Assembly (NCBI GenBank): GCA_965228855.1
Contig: CBDDIJ010000002.1
Span: 2,272,001-2,336,000, forward strand
DNA length: 64,000 nucleotides
Reading direction: 5' to 3'
Source: Candidatus Obscuribacterales bacterium
GTDB lineage: Bacteria; Cyanobacteriota; Vampirovibrionia; Obscuribacterales; Obscuribacteraceae
Position 1 is the first letter of the stretch, and every line of letters begins with the position of its first letter. A model generated the notes under the pieces. That model ran no database searches. It was given only the letters and a program-made list of their open reading frames with translations, and had not been told where the DNA came from. Positions 58,762 to 64,000 of the stretch are shown here, one piece after another. The position numbers were made by a program, and so were the translations under genes.

Positions 58762-61230
58762 ATGAAACGTTTTGTGCTTTCGACCTTAATAACTATGGCG
58801 GCAAGCTGCTGCATCTCTCAACCTGCCAATGCGACCGGGTGGATTGTTATCGATCCGATTGCCGGTGGTGGACCTGTGGTAATGCCACCGGTAACGGTGA
58901 CAACTCCTGGTGTCAGACCTGGTATCACTCCCATCAGACCTGGCTCTCGGACTCCCCGTCCGTCAACGATAACTCTGCAGGGACACGTGAGTGTCGGGTT
59001 GCACTTACAGGCCGCCGCAGTCAAGGTCGAAATCAAAGATCAGATAGCGAAAACTTATATTACGCAGACGTTTTCAAACGACTCAGATCGCAACCTTGCG
59101 GGAACATACCTTTTTCCGCTTCCCGATGACACCACATTTAGTTCCTTTTCGCTTCACATAGACGGGAAGCCTGTCGAAGGAAAAATTCTCGAAGCATCTG
59201 TCGCTCGGCAAGAGTATGAATCGATTGTGCGACGAATGGTCGATCCCGGCTTGCTTGAATACGCTGACAGTAAGACAGTTCGCGCTCGCATATTTCCAAT
59301 TCCGGCGCATGGAACTAAAAAAGTAGAACTCGAATACACGCAAATTTTGAAGGCTGAGAACGGTTTATTGAAATATCGTTTTCCACTGAAGGCAGGTGTA
59401 GAGGACAGTCCGGCTGATGAAATTAAGGTGGATGTGAAGATTGCCAGTGCGCAGGGGCTGCGAACTATATGGTCGCCGACCCACACTGTGAAAACGACTC
59501 GTGCCGACAATCTTAACGCTAAGATTTCCATGTCAGAGAAGGATACGCTTCCGGATAAAGACTTTCTCCTCTACTACAGTGTTTCAAACAATGAACTGGC
59601 TGCTAACTTGATCACGCATAAGGCTGAAGACGAGGACGGCTACTTTCTAATGACGTTGTCTCCGCCGATGCAGTCAAAGGCGATTATTGGAAAGGATGTG
59701 GTGTTGGTTGCTGACACATCCGGCTCTATGCAGGGAGCGAAGATGGAGGAGAACAAGCGTGCACTTAAATATGTCGTCAATGCGTTGCACCCGACAGATC
59801 GTTTCGGTCTCGTTGAATTCAACACGGATGCAGAAACGTTCAAAAATAATCTGGTCCCTGCGACGCCTGAGAACAAAAAGGCGGCGTGCGAATTTATCGA
59901 TGATTTGAGCGCGCGTGGTGGCACCAATATCGGTGAGGCAATTTCGATAGGTAAGACGCTACTGGCTGAAGAAAATTCCCGACCGGCATATATGATTTTT
60001 ATGACTGACGGCGAACCTACTGTCGGGGAGCGCGACTCGGAGAAATTGATTTCGCTTGCGAACTCCAAGAAAGACATTCGTGTTTTTGACTTTGGAGTTG
60101 GATATGACGTAAACACTAAGCTACTCAACAAGCTTGCCGAATCTCATCATGGTACGTCCCAATATGTCGAACCGAACGAGAATATCGAACATGCACTCGC
60201 GTCGTTCTACGACAAAATTAAGAGTCCGGTGCTCAGTGATGTGAAAATCGCCTACGAGGGCATTGAGGTGAAAAACACATATCCGCGCGAGGTAAAGGAC
60301 ATTTTTGCCGGCTCGCAAGTTTTGCTCCTGGGACGCTATAAGAAGGGCGGCTCGGCAAAGATAAATTTGACCGGTACCGTCGGTGGTGCATCGAAGAATT
60401 ACTCATTCCCGTTGACCTTCTCGCCGTCGCAAGCCGGAAATTCGCATCTTGTTAAACTCTGGGCAATGCGTAGAATCGGTTATTTGACGGAGGTTGCGCA
60501 CTCGAATCAAGAGAATCGTGAGGTCATTGACGAGATCGTCGCCCTCTCGAAACAGCATGGAATTATTTCTGAATACACATCCTACCTCGTTACAGATCCA
60601 AGTGAGAATGGTCGCCTGGCTATGCAGCCTGTTAGAGGCGGTGTCGTTCCACGTCCGGAGGCTTCTCGGTCAAGGATTGCATCGATTGCTCGTCCGGGTG
60701 CTTCCCCTGCATGGAACCGTTCGATTAGATCGACGCGTGATGCCGAGTATGGATCTGCCGCAAGTGGTTTAGCCGCACCTCCTGCTCTGGCGGGAGCTTC
60801 GAACGGGACTGTTGGCATGAATGCAGCAATGCTCAAAAAGTCTAATAGAATGCAACTGCAAATTATTGCGGACGAATCACCAGCGGTTTACGATCGGCGC
60901 GATGCACCGGTGTCCGGAAAGCTGGCTGTAATCGCAGCAAAAGAAAGGAACAATTTGAAGAACAGCATGATTGCAGATAAAGGCCTTCTCTCCAAAGATT
61001 CGAAAACGGTTGATGATAAAACCTTTTACTTCAGTGGAGGAACTTGGACGGATAGTAGCTGCAATAGTTCTTCCAAGCCGATTGTGATTGTTTTTGGTTC
61101 GAAAGAGTATTTTGAACTTTTAAAAAATCAACCAGGAATCGCTAAGTATTTGTCCGTTGGAAAGCAGGTATTGCTGAGCTTCAAGGGCAACGTATACAAA
61201 GTCGTCCAGACCCGAACTGCAACGGGCTAG
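58762..61230 (+). CDS. Secreted VIT + vWA domain protein, paralog 2
   Basis: GAGGA RBS + ATG 58762, signal peptide (ANA), same domain order and MIDAS DTSGSM as paralog 1. Confidence 0.92.
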   Translation: MKRFVLSTLITMAASCCISQPANATGWIVIDPIAGGGPVVMPPVTVTTPGVRPGITPIRPGSRTPRPSTITLQGHVSVGLHLQAAAVKVEIKDQIAKTYITQTFSNDSDRNLAGTYLFPLPDDTTFSSFSLHIDGKPVEGKILEASVARQEYESIVRRMVDPGLLEYADSKTVRARIFPIPAHGTKKVELEYTQILKAENGLLKYRFPLKAGVEDSPADEIKVDVKIASAQGLRTIWSPTHTVKTTRADNLNAKISMSEKDTLPDKDFLLYYSVSNNELAANLITHKAEDEDGYFLMTLSPPMQSKAIIGKDVVLVADTSGSMQGAKMEENKRALKYVVNALHPTDRFGLVEFNTDAETFKNNLVPATPENKKAACEFIDDLSARGGTNIGEAISIGKTLLAEENSRPAYMIFMTDGEPTVGERDSEKLISLANSKKDIRVFDFGVGYDVNTKLLNKLAESHHGTSQYVEPNENIEHALASFYDKIKSPVLSDVKIAYEGIEVKNTYPREVKDIFAGSQVLLLGRYKKGGSAKINLTGTVGGASKNYSFPLTFSPSQAGNSHLVKLWAMRRIGYLTEVAHSNQENREVIDEIVALSKQHGIISEYTSYLVTDPSENGRLAMQPVRGGVVPRPEASRSRIASIARPGASPAWNRSIRSTRDAEYGSAASGLAAPPALAGASNGTVGMNAAMLKKSNRMQLQIIADESPAVYDRRDAPVSGKLAVIAAKERNNLKNSMIADKGLLSKDSKTVDDKTFYFSGGTWTDSSCNSSSKPIVIVFGSKEYFELLKNQPGIAKYLSVGKQVLLSFKGNVYKVVQTRTATG

Positions 61231-61303
61231 GATGAGCGTGGAGGCAATCTCAAGTCCGAAGGTTTAACGACGACCCTTCCTTCAACCTGTCCTCCATGCC
61301 ACT

Positions 61304-61340
61304 GGGAAACACCGAGCGCACCGCGCTCGGTGCTTTTCCC
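61304..61340 (+). terminator. Probable intrinsic terminator after VIT-vWA paralog 2
   Basis: CACCGAGCGC-acc-GCGCTCGGTG perfect 10-bp stem followed by CTTTT. Confidence 0.7.
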
Positions 61341-61429
61341 TTGAGGCGTCTTTCATTGACCAGGATGTGACGAACTCTTCTCCGCAACATGCCTTTGAGC
61401 GCGTGCTATGAACCCGAGAGGAGTTGAGT

Positions 61430-61807
61430 ATGAGTGTCAAAAGAGCACTATTCGGTTTATTTTTCTTGCTAACGTTGGCTTCACCGCCGGTGTTCGCAGG
61501 GGTGCTGCTCGTGCTCGTTGTTGCCGCATCGATTTGCAACTTAGACATCGCGCTTGAGAAGTGGGGACGCGAAGTGCGGCAGGCTGGACCAAAGCCAGTT
61601 AAGTTCAAGATGACTTCGAGTCTATGCGTTGTCGGCGCCTTTCTTGCAGTGGTTTTCGCCGCAGCAGGAGCATTATGGAATAACGTTCCTGTGATATCGC
61701 CGTCCACGGTCCACGGATTGGTTTCATGCTGTTCAATTTTGATGCATTTTGGAGCGATTTTTCTGTTTGTCGGCTCGATGTACACCTTCGTCAAACTGGT
61801 AGACTAG
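61430..61807 (+). CDS. Small hypothetical membrane protein
   Basis: GAGAGGAG RBS; several hydrophobic helices; co-oriented with ndh. Confidence 0.65.
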   Translation: MSVKRALFGLFFLLTLASPPVFAGVLLVLVVAASICNLDIALEKWGREVRQAGPKPVKFKMTSSLCVVGAFLAVVFAAAGALWNNVPVISPSTVHGLVSCCSILMHFGAIFLFVGSMYTFVKLVD

Positions 61808-61823
61808 AAACGCTTCAGGCTAT

Positions 61824-63242
61824 TTGTCGTCGACAGGAGATCTTTTGAACCCACCGCCTCATGTAGTGATTATTGGTGCTGGTTTCGGCGGACTGGAAGC
61901 CGCGAAACGCATGCATGAAGCACCTGTCAAAATCACACTTATCGACAGGACAAATCATCATCTATTTCAACCTCTTCTGTATCAGGTTGCGATGGCTTCG
62001 ATTTCGTCAACCGAAATCGCGTACCCGATAAGATCGATCTTTCAAAACCAGGAAAACATAACAGTCTTGATGGCAGATGTCACGGGCGTAAATCTCGAAA
62101 AGAGTATTGTGTCCATGGGTGATAGAGAGATTGAATACGATTACTTGATCGTTGCGACCGGATCGCAAAACAGCTATTTTGGACACGCCGAGTGGACGAA
62201 GCATGCCCTCGGGTTGAAGACCTTGCAGGACGCATTTATGATAAGGCGGCAGATTCTTTTGGCGTTTGAAACAGCTGAGAAGCTTGCGCCAATTCAACCC
62301 GTAGACGACTTGTTGACGTTCGTGATAATTGGAGGCGGACCGACTGGTGTCGAACTCGCGGGTTCACTTGCGGAACTTTCGCGAAGAGCTTTGTCAAAAG
62401 ATTTCCGAAACATACGACCATCCTCTGCGAGAATCATCATGATTGAAGGCGCGCCGAGGATTTTGCCGCCGTTCCCGGAGGAAGTCTCGAGATTAGCCGA
62501 GGAGAAACTGCGGTCCTTCGGCGTTGAAGTTCTAACCAACACGTTCGTGACTGACATCAATGAACACGGAGTTCAAATTGGTGACAGATTCATACCGGCA
62601 ATCACAAAACTATGGTGCGCTGGAGTGGCACCAAGTCCTCTTTCAAAAGTACTCGGAGAACAAGGTGTAAAACTGGACCGAGCTGGACGAATAATTCTGC
62701 AAAAGGATCTTTCAATAGACGGTCATCCAAATGTTTTCGCTATCGGTGATATCTCAAGTTACATTCAAGATGGAAAACCGCTTCCCGGGCTCGCTCCCGT
62801 GGCTATGCAGCAGGGGCAGTTTGTTGGCGAAACCATTGAAAATCAAATTACCGGAAAGGATTTGAAGGATTTTCGCTACATTGATCGAGGTACACTGGCA
62901 ACAATCGGTCGCTCGTCGGCAGTGGGCAACATCGGAAAAACTGTATTTAGCGGACTCTTGGCCTGGCTCGCGTGGTTGTTCATTCACGTTATGAACCTGG
63001 TGGGCTTCCGTAATCGTATGGTCGTGATGCTCGATTGGATGTGGTCGTACGTCACATTCCAGCGCGGTGCGCGCTTGATTTCGGACCGAGGTCATCATGG
63101 CGCTATAGATGTTGAAATCTATCTGCAGGAAGCAATTTCCAAACACAAACAGGCGTTAGGTTCATCGGATGGAAGCCGTTTAGAATTGGTGTCTGAAAAA
63201 CAAAGTAATGATGGAAAGGTTTCGGTTCCGTCCGTTGAGTGA
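61824..63242 (+). CDS. ndh: Type II NADH:quinone oxidoreductase
   Basis: GAGFGG, HHLFQPLLYQVA, GGGPTGVELAG, AIGD, APVAMQQG, AWLFIH. Confidence 0.93.
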   Translation: MSSTGDLLNPPPHVVIIGAGFGGLEAAKRMHEAPVKITLIDRTNHHLFQPLLYQVAMASISSTEIAYPIRSIFQNQENITVLMADVTGVNLEKSIVSMGDREIEYDYLIVATGSQNSYFGHAEWTKHALGLKTLQDAFMIRRQILLAFETAEKLAPIQPVDDLLTFVIIGGGPTGVELAGSLAELSRRALSKDFRNIRPSSARIIMIEGAPRILPPFPEEVSRLAEEKLRSFGVEVLTNTFVTDINEHGVQIGDRFIPAITKLWCAGVAPSPLSKVLGEQGVKLDRAGRIILQKDLSIDGHPNVFAIGDISSYIQDGKPLPGLAPVAMQQGQFVGETIENQITGKDLKDFRYIDRGTLATIGRSSAVGNIGKTVFSGLLAWLAWLFIHVMNLVGFRNRMVVMLDWMWSYVTFQRGARLISDRGHHGAIDVEIYLQEAISKHKQALGSSDGSRLELVSEKQSNDGKVSVPSVE

Positions 63243-63260
63243 TACCACATTTGATGCCAA

Positions 63261-63962
63261 CTATTGAGACTTTATAGTCGGCATTGTGGGGGCCGCAATC
63301 GGTGTGTAGTCAGAAGTCAGGGGCGCATCTTTTTCGTCGCGAATGCCAAAGTCGTTTCGCTCGATCACCTTTTTAAGTTTTTTGGGATTTAGCTTGTCCA
63401 TCAAGTAGATTATTTCGATTTGAGCATACCTCGGCTCGTAAACGACCGGTCCACCATTCGGCGCGGGGCGAATCACTCGTGCATATTTGATTCCGTCTTG
63501 CTCTCGGACTTTCTTCTCCAGCTGCATGAGGCATGAAACACAGAGTGACCCTTTTAGCCTGGCACGCATGACTCTCAGGTTTTCCGGTTGACCTTTGAGC
63601 GCTGTCAGCTGGGCTTCAAGCGCGGTGTCCTTAAGCGGCGTAGTACGTAATGCCGGTTCGAGGTCGCCGCCGGTAGCCGCATCTACGACTGCTTTATTTG
63701 CTGCCTCCTGGGCCGCTGAACTCGGCGAAACTGCTTGAGCAGTTTCAATCCGGTTAGATTTTACCGAGCCCTTACCATCGGCTACTTCTGCGGTGGGATT
63801 CTCAGCACGTTTATCCGACTCGCCCTCGACCCCGGCAGTCGCTCCTTTGTCCTGGGGGACCGTGATGCTAAAACGCTCATCAGTGGAGGGTTGCATCCAT
63901 TTTGGCGCAAGCGAAAATGTAGTGTTTGCCAGCAATAAAACAACCAGAAGATTTGTCAGCAT
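63261..63962 (-). CDS. Secreted protein with heavy-metal-associated (HMA)-like domain
   Basis: N-terminal hydrophobic signal, Ala-rich linker, LKGSLCVSC...GI..ARV...I.Y...LKKVIE..DF. Confidence 0.7.
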   Translation of the reverse strand: MLTNLLVVLLLANTTFSLAPKWMQPSTDERFSITVPQDKGATAGVEGESDKRAENPTAEVADGKGSVKSNRIETAQAVSPSSAAQEAANKAVVDAATGGDLEPALRTTPLKDTALEAQLTALKGQPENLRVMRARLKGSLCVSCLMQLEKKVREQDGIKYARVIRPAPNGGPVVYEPRYAQIEIIYLMDKLNPKKLKKVIERNDFGIRDEKDAPLTSDYTPIAAPTMPTIKSQ

Positions 63963-64000
63963 TAAGATATGGACCAGTCCTTTATATAAGTTTGCGTATC

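Noticed and set aside
61296..61370. GCCACTGGGAAA resembling part of a cobalamin riboswitch
   Set aside because: The upstream GGTG/AAxTCC/ACTGT core and the B12 box are absent; the hairpin is explained as a terminator
1..64000. Mobile elements, prophage, recoding or alternative genetic code
   Set aside because: No transposase, integrase or phage genes; conserved genes translate full-length in the standard code

Overview
Gene-dense chromosomal window with about 50 CDSs. I could not support any rRNA, tRNA, CRISPR array, IS or phage. Several proteins are of cyanobacterial type (RpaA-like regulator, SigF-like sigma factor, PilB with a Cys-rich tail, NTP-transferase/phosphomutase fusion), yet the window has no photosynthesis genes. 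I therefore infer a non-photosynthetic cyanobacterial relative (Melainabacteria/Vampirovibrionia, probably Obscuribacterales). Main blocks: (1) REC-REC-GGDEF, gpsA, GT4 and an NDP-sugar enzyme; (2) a partial leucine-catabolism cluster plus mobA; (3) a type IV pilus locus: pilB-pilT-pilC, then sigF-ABC-ABC-pilD-pilMN(fused)-pilO-pilP-like and a PATAN/DUF4388-GGDEF gene; (4) an MBOAT operon with three SGNH/DUF1574-like paralogs; (5) J-domain protein-der-plsY and htrA-rpaA-PPEP-like metalloprotease; (6) acyP, dnaX, msrA, an MBL hydrolase and a TPR lipoprotein; (7) a CHASE2 kinase/NarL regulator/secreted protein operon divergent from two secreted VIT-vWA paralogs; (8) NDH-2 and a secreted HMA protein. 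Block 7 is the best candidate for an undescribed system: the motif GGGTTTTCCCTG lies in the same orientation about 130-150 nt upstream of the kinase and of both VIT-vWA genes. All family calls come from motif recognition by eye; no searches were run.
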